Positions 20,256-31,379 of a stretch of 64,000 nt of DNA are shown here, in pieces. Source of the stretch: an uncultured Acidobacteriota bacterium (GTDB taxonomy: Bacteria > Acidobacteriota > Terriglobia > Acidiferrales > UBA7541); assembly GCA_963736725.1 (NCBI GenBank), contig CAVTPW010000007.1, positions 83,387 to 147,386 on the forward strand, written 5' to 3'. Made by a program: the position numbers and the translations under genes. The notes beneath the pieces are model-generated. The model searched no databases, had not been told where the DNA came from, and saw only the letters and a program-made list of their open reading frames with translations. Every line of letters starts with the position of its first letter. Within the stretch, counting starts at the first letter, position 1.

Positions 20256-23200
20256 ATGCGTTTCGCGCGCAGGGCTCTCCTTGCGTGCATCTCGCTGTGG
20301 CTCTGCCCTGGCGGCGCGTCAGCGCAAAACGTAACGACCCAGCACTACGACAACTCGCGATCCGGCTCCAACACCGCCGAAACCATCCTCAACACCGCGA
20401 ACGTAAACACGACCTCGTTCGGCAAACTTTTCTCGCAGTCCGTTGACGCGCAAATTTATACCCAGCCGCTTTACATGTCGGGCATCACGATATCCGGCAA
20501 AGGCACGCACAACGTTATCTTCGTCGCCACGGAAAACGACAGCGTCTACGCTTTCGACGCCGACAACAACGGCGGCGCCAACGCCACTCCGTTGTGGCAG
20601 ATCTCCCTGCTCACCTCGGCCCACGGCGCAGGTAGCGGCGCGACCGCAATTCCCAATGGCGACCTGAGCACCACCGACATCAATCCCCTGGTCGGCGTCA
20701 CCGGAACCCCGGTCATCGACACATCCACAAACACCATGTACCTGGTCAGCGCCAGCCTGGAAAGTGGCAACTACATCCAACGCCTTCACGCCCTCGACAT
20801 CGCCAGCGGCAACGAAAAGTTCGGCGGCCCGGTACCGCTTTCAGGAACCGTCTCTGGCAACGGTAACGGCAGTTCGGGCGGCACTCTCAAATTCGACACC
20901 AAGTGGCACAACAACCGCGCCGGCTTGCTCTTGCTGAACGGCATGGTCTACCTGGGATTCGGATCCCACGGAGACAACGGCCCCTGGCACGGCTGGATTT
21001 TGGCGTACAACGCCGCGACTCTCGAGCAAACCAGCGTGTGGTGCGCGTCGGCAAACGGCATCGGCGCCGGCATCTGGATGGGCGGCTCCGGTCTGGCCGC
21101 CGACGCCGACAACCCCACCGGTTCGAGCCCCGGCGGACGTCTTTTCGTGGCCACCGGCAATGGCACCTTTGACGCCACCACGCCGTACACGAACACCATG
21201 GATTACGGCGACAGCATCGTTCGCCTGAACCTGAACAACGGCGTGATGACCGTCGCCGACGATTTCACTCCCCTCAACCAGGCGACGCTCAACTCCGGGG
21301 ATCGCGACGTTGCCGCCGGCGGCGTCCTCCTCCTTCCGGACCAAACCACCGGCGGGCACACCCATTTGCTCGTGCAATTGGGCAAAGAAGGAAGGATCTC
21401 CGTCGTAGACCGCGACTCCATGGGCGGATACAGCACCTCAACCGACAACATCGTCGAGGAAATCCCGGTCAACAATTCCGGCCAAACCAACCAGACCTTC
21501 GAAGTGGGCGGCGTCTGGGGCATGCCGGGCTACGGCAACAACACCGTTTATATTTGGGGCACTTCCGACAATCTCAAATCGTTCCCGCTAAGTGCCGGGA
21601 AAATCTCCACGACACCATCCAAGACCGGTGCGCAGGAAGCCGGCTTCCCCAGCCCGACGCCCGTCATCTCCTCGAACGGCACTTCCAGTCCCATTGTCTG
21701 GACCGTCCAGTCCGACGCCTATTCCTCCGGCGGTTCCGAGTACCTGCGCGCCTACGACGCCACCAACGTCTCCACCACTCTCTACAACTCGCAAACCAAC
21801 TCCTCCCGCGACAATCCCGGAGGCGCGGTCAAGTTCGTCGTTCCCACCGTTATCAACGGTAAAGTCTACGTCGGCGCCACCAACCAGTTGAGCGTCTTCG
21901 GCCTGCTCAACGGGTCTTCGCAAGCCACGGCTCCCAGCATCACGCCCGGCGCCGAAACCTTCACCGGCACTCTCTCGGTCACCATCACCGACAGCACTCC
22001 GGGCTCGTCCATCTTCTATTCCACGACCGGCACTGCCACCACCAGCTCCACTCCTTACACCGGCCCTATTTCCGTCAGCACCACGGAAACCATTTCCGCC
22101 ATCGCCAGCGCTCCGGGATACCTGCAAAGTACCGCCACCAGCGAAACCTACACGCTACAAACGCAAACCCTCATGCCCACGTTCTCGCCGGTGCCCAGCT
22201 CGTACGCTTCCACGCAAACCGTGACCATCTCCGACGCCTCCAAGAGTCCGACGATCTACTACTCGATCAACGCGCCCGCCACCACCTCGTCCACTCCCTT
22301 CTCCGGAACCGCTACGGTCACGGTCGCTCAGTCGGAAACACTCAACGCCATCGCCACCTCTCCAGGTCTCAGCACCAGCCCGCAAGCCAGCGGCACCTAC
22401 GCCATCGGCTCCGGAACCGGCATCAGCTTCCCGGACGGCTTCAGCACCGCGGCGACTTCGATGACCTTCAACGGCAGCACGGACCTGGATGACGAGCGTT
22501 TGCAGCTCACCGACGGCCTCACAAACGAAGCCGGCAGTGCCTGGTACAACGCCCCTGTGAACATCCAGAACTTCACCAACAATTTCACCTTCCAGTTAAG
22601 CAATGCCGAAGCCGACGGCTTCACTTTCACGATCCAGAATTCCGGCCTCACCGCTCTTGGACCCGCTGGCGGCGGCTTGGGTTACGGGCCGGACTCCCCT
22701 GGCGGTACCGGCGGCATTCCAACCAGCGTCGCCATCAAGTTCGATCTCTACAGCAACAACGGCGAAGGCGACGATTCCACCGGTCTGTACACCGATGGTG
22801 CTTCCCCAACCACTCCCTTCACCGACCTGAGCACCACCGGCATCGACCTACACAGCGGCGACACCTTCTCCGTGCAAATGGTCTACAACGGCACCACCCT
22901 GACCATGACCATCACCGACGGTGTCACCAACGCGACCTTCACCACCAATTGGACCGTCAACATTCCTTCACTCGTTGGCGGCAACACCGCCTTGGTCGGG
23001 TTTACCGGTGGCACCGGCGGCGAAACCGCCAGCCAGAAGATCGAGACCTGGAACTTTGTCAGCACCGGCACCGCACCCCAGCCCGCCACCGCACCGATTT
23101 TCAGCCCCGTCGCCGGCACCTATACTGCGGCTCAGTCCGTCACCATTACCGACACCACCCCCAGCAGCTCCATTTTCTACACGCTGAACAACACCACGCC

Positions 23201-25881
23201 CACGACAACAGCCGGTGGCAACACCTTCCAATACTCCACTCCGGTCTCGGTCGCCTCTTCGGAAACTATCACCGCTCTCGCCACGGCTCCGGGCTTCACG
23301 ACGAGCCCCACCAGCAGCGCCGCCTACGTCATCCATACCACCTTGCCGGTCGCGCCCACTCCGATAATCACTCCGGCCACGGGCGCCTACACGTCGGCGC
23401 AAACGGTTAGCATTTCCGATCCCGGAACCACAATCTTCTACACCACCAACGGCATCGCTCCGACTACGGGTTCCACTCAATACACCGCGCCATTCATCGT
23501 CAGTACCACAAGCACCGTACAGGCCATCGCCACCGAGACAGGCTTCAGCACCAGCGCCCCGGCGCAGTCGGTCATCACCATCAACACCGGCGGCGGTTCC
23601 TCCAGCGCGATCAACTTCGCCTCCGGATTCTCCGCCGCGGGTTTGCAGTTCAACGGGCACACCAAGCTCGACGGAACGCATCTGCAGTTGACCGATACCA
23701 GCACGACTTACGAGAGCGCCAGCGCCTTCTGGACCACGCCAGTCAACGTCCAAACGTTCACGAACGATTTCACCTTCCAGCTGACCAACGCGAACGCCGA
23801 CGGTTTCACCTTTACCATTCAGAATGCCGGCATCACCGCCCTGGGACCAGACGGCGGAGGTCTGGGCTACGGTCCGGATGCCCCTGGGGGCACGCCCGGC
23901 ATCGCTCAAGAGCGTAGCCATCAAGTTCGACCTCTACAGCAACGACGGGGAAGGCATCAACTCCACCGGCTTGTACACTGACGGCGCTTCCCCCACCATG
24001 CCAGCCACCACTCTGGGTGGCGGCGTCAACCTCCACAGTGGCGACGTCCTGCACGCCCACATGACCTATGACGGCACTACGCTAACGTTGACGATTACCG
24101 ACACCACTACTCCCGCCGACACTTTTACCACCTCATGGCCCATCAACATCCCATCCACGGTCGGCGGCAACACCGCTTTTGTCGGCTTCACTGGCGGCAC
24201 CGGCGGCGAAACCGCTCAACAAGAAATCATCACTTGGACCTACGGCACCTCCGGCACCTCGATCCAGCCCGCCGCCGCGCCACTGTTCAGCCTTGCTGCA
24301 GGCACCTACTCGGGAACGCAGACCGTGTCGCTTACCGATTCCACGCCGGGTTCCACCATTTTCTATACGCTAAACAACACCACGCCCGCGACCACCGCTG
24401 GTGGCAGCACCTTCCAATATTCTTCCGCAACTCCGATTTCGGTCGCCTCCAGCGAGACCATCACTGCTCTCGCCACGGCTTCTGGCTTTTCGACGAGTCC
24501 AACCAGTACCGCCGCTTACGTGATCTCCGCGCTTTCACCAACGCCAACGCCCGTTATCACTCCCGGCAGCGGTACCTATACCTCCGCGCAAACCGTCACC
24601 ATCTCCGATCCCGGCGCCGCAATCTTCTACACCACCAACGGCACCGCTCCGACTACGACCGGTTCGACGCAGTACACCGCGCCATTCGTAGTCAGCGCCA
24701 CAACCACCGTGCAGGCCGTCGCCACCGAAACCGGCTTCAGTACCAGCGCTCCGGCGCAGTCGGTCATTACCATCAATACCGGCGGCGGCTCTACCGGCGG
24801 AGTTAACTTCGGCTCGGGCTTCTCCACCACCGGCCTGCAATTCAACGGACACACCAAGCTCGACGGAACGCACTTGCAACTCACCGACACCACTGCGGAA
24901 AATGAATCTGCCAGCGCTTTCTGGACCGCTCCGGTCAACATCCAAACGTTCACCAACGACTTCACCTTCCAGCTGACCAACCCGAACGCCGACGGTTTCA
25001 CGTTCACGATTCAGAATGCAGGCGTCACCGCTCTCGGTCCCGCCGGTGGCGGCCTTGGTTATGGTCCAGATGCGCCTGGGGGCACACCCGGCATCGCCAC
25101 CAGCGTCGCCATCAAGTTCGACGTCTACAACAACGACGGCGAGGGCACTAACTCCACCGGTTTATATACCGACGGCGCATCCCCCACCATGCCCGCCACC
25201 ACTCTCGGCGGCGGCGTCAACCTTCACAGTGGCGACATCCTACACGCTCACATGAACTATGACGGCACCACCCTGACGCTGACCATCACCGACACCGCCA
25301 CGCCGGCCGACACCTTCACCACCTCGTGGCCCATCAACATTCCGTCTACGGTTGGCGGCAACACCGCCTTCGTCGGCTTCACCGCTGGCACCGGCGGTGA
25401 AACCGCTCAACAAGAAATCATCACCTGGACGTACAACAATTCGTTCACCGCATCGAAGAATCCGGTGGTCTATGAAACGGCCAACTTGCCGGCCGTCAGT
25501 TCTGGCCCCACCTTCCGCACCTTCACGTTTGCGAGCTTCCCAGACAGTACCGGCACGATTCTCGACGCCACCGCCGTCGGAGACAATGTCACCCTCACCG
25601 TCAACGTGGCGACCGCGGGAACGTACGATGTGCAGGTTTCGGTAAAGGACCTCAACACCCGAGGCATCTGGCAGCTCACCATCAATGGTGCCGCCGCAGG
25701 CTCGCCTCAAGACGAATACCAGAACACCAGCTCCGGCACCTACGTTGTCCTCGACCTGGGCAACTTCAACTTTGCCGCAGCCGGCAACTACGCCTTCAAG
25801 TTCACCGTGACCGGCAAGGACGCCGCCAGCTCCGGCTACTCCATCTGCTTCGACGACATAACCCTGACGCCGCAGCAGTAG
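20256..25881 (+). pseudogene. ~1870-aa secreted protein (PQQ-like beta-propeller, Fn3/CHB-like spacers, three L-type lectin-like domains, CBM-like C-terminus), interrupted by one extra base at ~23907; real lesion or assembly error
   Basis: ORFs 20193-23981 and 23824-25881 join by a +1 shift. Copy A reads ATC GCT C AAG AGC GTA GCC ATC AAG, while the intact repeat copy reads ATC GCC ACC AGC GTC GCC ATC AAG. Signal peptide from ATG 20256. Confidence 0.85.
23080..25435 (+). repeat. Intragenic tandem duplication, ~1.19-kb unit (two spacer domains plus one lectin-like domain)
   Basis: CAACGGxCACACCAAGCTCGACGGAACGCA occurs at 23651 and 24843. The 1192-nt offset equals 3n+1, matching the frameshift. 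Confidence 0.9.
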
Positions 25882-26419
25882 CACAGCCACTCCCGGCGGC
25901 GCTCTGCAGTTGCCAGGCACCAGTCTCAGCGAGTTTGCTCCGACGCACGCCTGCCGTATCCGGGCGTTGCTATGCTGAGATCCTCCTCCTCAAAGCGACC
26001 CTCTAATGGTCCCGGAAAACACCTCTCCGGCGCCATCCCCAGCAAGAAATTGCCCGGCGGAGAAGGCTTTGTTTCTCCTTCGTTCATGGCCGCACGTACC
26101 CCGGGGCTCAGGACCCATAGGACCGCTCGCGATGCGTTAGCCAACGGAAAACTTAGCGGCCCCATCCCACTTGCTTACGGACATGCCGGTTTGAAAGGTG
26201 AGAACTACGTTCGTGGTTTGCTACCTGTTTCAGAGCACTCCACGCCCGATGGGAATGGAGTTTCTATCTTCTGGCGGTAAAGCTTTAATTTTGGGCTCTG
26301 GCGGGGTCATCAGGAATGAGAAGGATCTTCTGGAGAGTATGCCGCTGGTGGCCAAAGGCGAAGCCGAGCCAGCCGCGAAACGGAACCAGAGGTAATTCTC
26401 GACGCGTGCTTTGTTGACC

Positions 26420-26764
26420 CTAGCCCGGCGGCCACTGGAATTCTCGTCCCCCTAACAGATGCAAATGCAAGTGAAACACGGTTTGCCCCGCTCCGCGTCC
26501 ATTATTCGCCACCGTGCGGTATCCATTCAGCAGTTTCAACTTGCGGGCTAGTTCCGCTGCCACCAGATGCATTTTCCCAATCACCGCGGCATCTTCGTTC
26601 GTCGCCTCATTCAGCGACGCAAAGTGTTTGCGCGGGACAATGAGAATATGCGTCGGTGCTTGTGGCCCGATATCTTCAAATGCAAAAACATCGTCGTCTT
26701 CGTAAACAACCTTCGATGGAATCTTCTTCGCCGCGATTTTGCAAAACAAGCAATCCTCGCTCAC
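26420..26764 (-). CDS. hinT: Histidine triad (HIT/HinT) nucleotide-binding protein
   Basis: CLFCKI, AFEDIGPQAPTHILIVPRKH, GQTVFHLHLHLLGGR. Confidence 0.93.
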   Translation of the reverse strand: MSEDCLFCKIAAKKIPSKVVYEDDDVFAFEDIGPQAPTHILIVPRKHFASLNEATNEDAAVIGKMHLVAAELARKLKLLNGYRTVANNGRGAGQTVFHLHLHLLGGREFQWPPG

Positions 26765-27648
26765 GGATTCGCTCCCTCCGCCGCACTCGTGTCCACACGG
26801 AAGATCAACGGCGTGACGCCTTCGCGCTCATGCAACTCCGCCCCCAGCTTCTTGGCTGCATCCTCGCCCGAAACCTTGCCCACGTGCACACGATAGTAGG
26901 ACCCGCTGGCTGATTCGAACGATTGAATGGCGACCGGAGAATAGCTAGCACGCAAACGGTCCCGCAACCGCTCGGCATTTCCGCGATCGCGAAATGCCCC
27001 GATCTGCACGGTGAAGAATCCTGCCGCAGGATCGATCGCCGACAAAATCTCAAGCCGCACGGGAACTACGCCGGGCCCGATTGAACCGATTTCCTTGGCA
27101 GCCGCATACGACAAATCGATGATGCGATTGTCCACAAACGGGCCGCGGTCGGTGATGCGCACGGTCGTCGATTTTCCGTTCGCGGTGTTCGTCACGCGCA
27201 CCATGGTATTGAACGGCAGCGTGCGATGCGCCGCCGTCAGCTTGTTCATGTCGTAGATCTCGCCGTCCGACGCTCGGCGTCCGTGAAATGGCGCGCCGTA
27301 CCACGAAGCTTTCCCCTCTTCGAAGGCTACGCCTTCGTGCGGATTCACGGGCGCTGCGCCGGCGTCGCTCTTCGCCGTTTCCGCCGGAGACTCCGGGCCG
27401 GGCTGGACGGTTGGCGCGGGCGATCGATTCGCAGCTGGCTGCCGCGCCGCGCACCCGGTCAGAAAGATCGCTGCCAGAAACATCGATGCGAACCCAAAAA
27501 CGTAAGATCCGACTTGCGCCCGTCTGGCGGAGGGAAATGTGTCGCGCGAGTTAGGCAATTGTAGCGATTGCAGCGCAGGGCAGAGTCCGACCAGCCCTGG
27601 CAACCCCGAGCTTCGAAGGGCGGCTATTCCCCGTGAACCAAGCCGCAT
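26761..27648 (-). CDS. rlpA: Septal ring lytic transglycosylase RlpA (DPBB plus SPOR lipoprotein)
   Basis: Lipobox LTGC; GKASWYG, TAAHRTLPF and DRGPFVDNRIIDLS motifs; SPOR VQIGAF. Start uncertain (27648 or 27483). Confidence 0.9.
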   Translation of the reverse strand: MRLGSRGIAALRSSGLPGLVGLCPALQSLQLPNSRDTFPSARRAQVGSYVFGFASMFLAAIFLTGCAARQPAANRSPAPTVQPGPESPAETAKSDAGAAPVNPHEGVAFEEGKASWYGAPFHGRRASDGEIYDMNKLTAAHRTLPFNTMVRVTNTANGKSTTVRITDRGPFVDNRIIDLSYAAAKEIGSIGPGVVPVRLEILSAIDPAAGFFTVQIGAFRDRGNAERLRDRLRASYSPVAIQSFESASGSYYRVHVGKVSGEDAAKKLGAELHEREGVTPLIFRVDTSAAEGANP

Positions 27649-27712
27649 GCATGCGCCGCGTACGATAGTCCCGGTTATTTTCACCCGCGACCCGCGCTCA
27701 TGCCCGCTTTCA

Positions 27713-27922
27713 TCATTGCGGATTCTGCGGAGGCGGCGGTGGAGTTCGCCGCGACAGACGGGCCTCAAGCTTCGCGGCAAACTCATCGAGCTTCCCGGAA
27801 ACGTCGCGCAGAAACGACGCGGTCCGCCGCTCGGTCTCCGGCGCTATCTCCTCGTCCACATACCGCCGAAGCCGTTCCATCTCTGCATCGATGCGCTTGC
27901 CGATCTCTTCGAATTTGTCCAT
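27713..27922 (-). CDS. Small helical hypothetical protein (69 aa)
   Basis: ATG start, amphipathic helical pattern (MDKFEEIGKRIDAEMERLRRY), co-oriented with rlpA. Confidence 0.65.
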   Translation of the reverse strand: MDKFEEIGKRIDAEMERLRRYVDEEIAPETERRTASFLRDVSGKLDEFAAKLEARLSRRTPPPPPQNPQ

Positions 27923-28019
27923 TTTTTGCCTGTAATGTGAGCCCGCTGCCGGTTTGCCGTCGATTTGTGCAACCGCCGGAAGTATGAGCGGTATTTCTGT
28001 ATTATAGAGCGCTGCGTGA

Positions 28020-28961
28020 ATGCTGCAAGGAGGACTGTTGGCGCTTCCCTATCAATGGCAATACCGCCTGGAGCGATGGAAAAACTCCCTGCGCGGGCTT
28101 TTCGGCGGTGGCGGCAACCAGCAGCCTCGCCCCAAGATTTGCCCGGCCTGCGGCTCGCTGGTGGGGATCAACGCAACGCGCTGCCATCAGTGCGGCACCA
28201 ATCTGAAGTTTTCCATGGCCGCGGTCAGCAAGGGACTCTCCGGCATCTTCGGCGGGCACGCTCCGGTTACCACGGGCTTGCTGATCGTGAATCTTCTGAT
28301 GTTCGGCGTGGAGTTTATGGCCATGGCCGCAGCGGGCCAGGGCGGTGGCCTCGCCATTTTGTGGGGCATGGGTGGCGAAGCGATCTATCGGCTGGGCGCC
28401 AGCAATCCGTATTCCATTTTCATCATGCACGAATGGTATCGCCTCGTGACCGCCATGTATCTCCACGGCGGGTTGATTCACATCGGCTTCAACATGATGG
28501 TGCTGATGGACATCGGGCCGGTCGTCGAAGAATTGTATGGCTCGGCGAGATATTTTTTCTTGTATACCGCGACCGGCTTGGTCGGATTTCTGTTCAGTGC
28601 ATATTTCGGCGGACGCAGCGCGCTGGGCGCGAGTGCGCCGATTCTGGGATTGATCGGCGTGATGATCGCCATCACCACGAAACGCAGCGGCTCGCAGATG
28701 CAGCAACTGCGGTCGCGGCTTATTTCCTGGGTCGTCTCGATTTTTGTTTTCGGCCTGCTGATGTCCGGGATCGACAACTGGGCGCACGGCGGAGGACTGG
28801 TATCGGGCTTCTTGCTGGGGCGGGTACTTGCGGATCGCGAGCCGATGAACGAACGGGAACGGCGCACGGCATACGCGCTCGGATGGATCGCGGCGGTGGT
28901 CGTGGTCTCGTCTTTCGTGTTGATGATTCTCCATTATCGAGATCCGTTGCCGGGCTCTTAA
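28020..28961 (+). CDS. Rhomboid intramembrane serine protease with N-terminal zinc ribbon
   Basis: CPACG...CHQCG; YRLVTAMYLH, HIGFNM, GASA (catalytic Ser) and AHGGG (catalytic His); multiple TM helices. Confidence 0.9.
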   Translation: MLQGGLLALPYQWQYRLERWKNSLRGLFGGGGNQQPRPKICPACGSLVGINATRCHQCGTNLKFSMAAVSKGLSGIFGGHAPVTTGLLIVNLLMFGVEFMAMAAAGQGGGLAILWGMGGEAIYRLGASNPYSIFIMHEWYRLVTAMYLHGGLIHIGFNMMVLMDIGPVVEELYGSARYFFLYTATGLVGFLFSAYFGGRSALGASAPILGLIGVMIAITTKRSGSQMQQLRSRLISWVVSIFVFGLLMSGIDNWAHGGGLVSGFLLGRVLADREPMNERERRTAYALGWIAAVVVVSSFVLMILHYRDPLPGS

Positions 28962-29084
28962 TCGCTTGCGAGCAGCCGGCGTGACGCTGTCAACTCTTTC
29001 CGCACGGTCCCGCACGCCGTATTTGTCGCGTCTGTGGAATGCGGTATTCTGGTCGTTGGGGAAAAAACAGAACAGTATCCGCTT

Positions 29085-29393
29085 ATGGAACCGCACTCGA
29101 TCATCGTGGTCAGCTTGCACACGCCCAAGGAAAAAATCTGGGGCGAACTGCTGGCGCTCAATACGGCGGGGATTACCATCCGCGGCATCGATCTGAACTC
29201 CTTCGATCATTTCATCCGGCAAATCAATGAGCCGGACACCGAACGCGTCGGAGTGCCAACGCTGTTTTTCCCAATGACGCGCATCGAACGCATCACCCTC
29301 GATGAACCTTCCGGCTCGATTCCGTCGATGGACGAACTCTTCAACCGCAAGATTGGCCGAACATTGATCGACTATCTGGCCCAATTCGCCTGA
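29085..29393 (+). CDS. Hypothetical protein, possible Sm-like fold
   Basis: ATG 29085; KIWGELLALNTAGITIRG...LFFPMTRIERI beta pattern. Confidence 0.7.
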   Translation: MEPHSIIVVSLHTPKEKIWGELLALNTAGITIRGIDLNSFDHFIRQINEPDTERVGVPTLFFPMTRIERITLDEPSGSIPSMDELFNRKIGRTLIDYLAQFA

Positions 29394-29415
29394 ACTGCGC
29401 TATCCTCAATTTCCA

Positions 29416-29967
29416 ATGCAAGGGCGGATTCTTACTGTACCCAATCAAATCACGCTGCTGCGTCTCGGCTTTCTGCCGATTTTCCTCGCGCTCATTTCGT
29501 ATGAACGCTACCGATGGGCTCTGCTGGTGCTGGTTGTCGCGGGCCTGAGTGACGGGATCGACGGCTTGCTGGCGCGCAAACTCAACCAGCGTTCCTCATT
29601 GGGCGCTTATCTGGATCCCATCGCCGACAAACTACTGCTTTCTTCTTCGTTCGTAATTCTCGCGTACAAGACCAGGCTTGCGTGGTGGCTGACCATCATC
29701 GTCTTGAGCCGCGACATTTTGATTTTGATCGTCGCCGTCGTGATTCTCCTGATTTCCGGCTACCGTCCTTTTCCGCCAAGCATCTTCGGCAAGCTGACCA
29801 CGTTTTTCGAGATCACCCTGGTGTTTACGGTGGTGCTGAGCGCGGCCTATCCAGCCTTTCATTCACGATTGCTTCACAACGTGCTGGTCGATATCGTCAC
29901 CGGGTTTGCCATCGGCTCCGCCGTACACTATTCATTTACAATCACGCGTCATCCGGCTGCGCCGTAA
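29416..29967 (+). CDS. CDP-alcohol phosphatidyltransferase (PgsA-like)
   Basis: PNQITLLR and SDGIDGLLARKLNQRSSLGAYLDPIADK (D-x2-DG-x2-AR-x8-G-x3-D-x3-D). Confidence 0.92.
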   Translation: MQGRILTVPNQITLLRLGFLPIFLALISYERYRWALLVLVVAGLSDGIDGLLARKLNQRSSLGAYLDPIADKLLLSSSFVILAYKTRLAWWLTIIVLSRDILILIVAVVILLISGYRPFPPSIFGKLTTFFEITLVFTVVLSAAYPAFHSRLLHNVLVDIVTGFAIGSAVHYSFTITRHPAAP

Positions 29968-29983
29968 GCGAAACGACGCGATA

Positions 29984-30370
29984 TTATTTCGCCACTTCGT
30001 AGGCCTGGCTCAACCACCACAGCGCGTCCCGCAGATCCTCCGCCGAATGAACGTCAAAGGAGTGCCAGCCCTTGGCGCGGAACGTTCTGCCGATACCCAC
30101 GCGCGGTTCCTGATCCATGCGACGCAACAATTCCGGCGGCACGGATTTCATTTTGAAAATGATCGCATTGGACGCGCCGATTCCCCGCGTAGCCGGCAGC
30201 AACGCGAAAACCTTCGCCTTTCGATAGAAGCCGACCATTCCGAACATGGGCCGCGATTTGACGTGGGGCCAACCATGCAACTCTTGCCCCATCATGGCGC
30301 ACCACTGCTTCATTTCGTCGGTGACGCGCGGAAGTGCCGGACGACGCGAGGTTTTTATCTTGGCTTTCAT
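29984..30370 (-). CDS. Hypothetical protein, TfoX-N/YjbR-like
   Basis: KSRPMFGMVGFYRKAKVFALL and C-terminal DALWWLSQAYE resemble TfoX/YjbR-type proteins. Start uncertain. Confidence 0.55.
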   Translation of the reverse strand: MKAKIKTSRRPALPRVTDEMKQWCAMMGQELHGWPHVKSRPMFGMVGFYRKAKVFALLPATRGIGASNAIIFKMKSVPPELLRRMDQEPRVGIGRTFRAKGWHSFDVHSAEDLRDALWWLSQAYEVAK

Positions 30371-30449
30371 AATTCTTTGGTGGCGCAACCATTTCTGCTT
30401 ACCCTGCGGTGCGAAGGGCTAGCAACCTCAACAACACCCTCGCAAATCG

Positions 30450-31118
30450 TCAAATCCGCATGACCACCGGACCTGAAGGCGGTAGCAGGAGCTGCGGTTC
30501 GGTGAGGGACTGCACCTGCTCAAGCGTGGCGTCCGGCGCGAGTTCGCGGAGGACAAGGCCTTCGGACGTGACGTCGATCAGGGCCAGCTCGGTGACGATG
30601 TGATCGACGACTTCCACGCCAGTCAGCGGGAGCGAGCATTTCTTCAGAATCTTGGGTTTATTGTCGCGAGTCGCATGCTCCATGGTGACGAAGACGCGCT
30701 TTGCGCCTGCGACAAGATCCATCGCGCCGCCCATGCCTTTCAGCATTTTCCCGGGGATCGCCCAATTTGCGAGGGTTCCCTTTTCGTCGACTTGCAGCGC
30801 GCCGAGCACGGTGAGATCGACGTGGCCGCCGCGAATCATCGCGAACGAATCGGCGGAGGAGAAATAAGAGGTGCCGGCGAGTTCGCTGACGGTTTCCTTT
30901 CCGGCGTTGATCAGGTCAGGATCGACTTCGGCGTCGAGCGGATATGGTCCGACGCCGAGCATGCCATTTTCCGATTGCAGAATCACTTCCATGCCTTTGG
31001 GGACATAGTTGGCGACCAGCGTCGGCATGCCGATGCCGAGGTTGACGTAGTACCCGTCGCGCAACTCCAGAGCAATGCGGCGGGCGATTCGTTCGCGTTT
31101 CTGTTCGTCGGTTAGCAT
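30450..31118 (-). CDS. scoB: 3-oxoacid CoA-transferase subunit B
   Basis: [15 protein letters not shown] (catalytic Glu), [12 protein letters not shown]. Confidence 0.93.
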   Translation of the reverse strand: MLTDEQKRERIARRIALELRDGYYVNLGIGMPTLVANYVPKGMEVILQSENGMLGVGPYPLDAEVDPDLINAGKETVSELAGTSYFSSADSFAMIRGGHVDLTVLGALQVDEKGTLANWAIPGKMLKGMGGAMDLVAGAKRVFVTMEHATRDNKPKILKKCSLPLTGVEVVDHIVTELALIDVTSEGLVLRELAPDATLEQVQSLTEPQLLLPPSGPVVMRI

Positions 31119-31139
31119 AGATGGATGGGCACTTTCTGG

Positions 31140-31379
31140 TTACCAAAGGTCGGGAACAGGGTGATAGATCGCGTTGTACGGTAACAAAAGGGCGATCACG
31201 ATCTTCGCCAGAACGTAGGACCAAAACCTCTCTCGATTGGTTTGGCGCGTGCGGCGAGAAGGCATAAAGTTCTGCGCAATTCGTTTTCCCCTCCACACCT
31301 CATATGCGGCGAGCGCGAGACACAAGACAAGGATACCCACGCTGATGCCCTGACTCCTGCTCGATGCTGGCCACCACAT
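31140..31379 (-). CDS. Small two-TM hypothetical protein (79 aa) between scoA and scoB
   Basis: ATG overlaps the scoA stop (TAATG). Two hydrophobic stretches are separated by an Arg-rich loop. Confidence 0.45.
   Translation of the reverse strand: MWWPASSRSQGISVGILVLCLALAAYEVWRGKRIAQNFMPSRRTRQTNRERFWSYVLAKIVIALLLPYNAIYHPVPDLW

Noticed and set aside
23895-23915. Programmed ribosomal frameshift in the lectin gene
   Set aside because: The shift is +1, with no slippery heptamer, no stop at the shift site and no stimulatory structure; the sister repeat has no such site.
23080-25435. CRISPR-like periodicity
   Set aside because: The period is ~1.19 kb within coding sequence; there are no short repeats with unique spacers and no cas genes.
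25972-26395. Short ORFs after the lectin gene, including a PMGMEFL segment resembling PilZ
   Set aside because: Interrupted by stops, no RBS, and similarity limited to a few residues.
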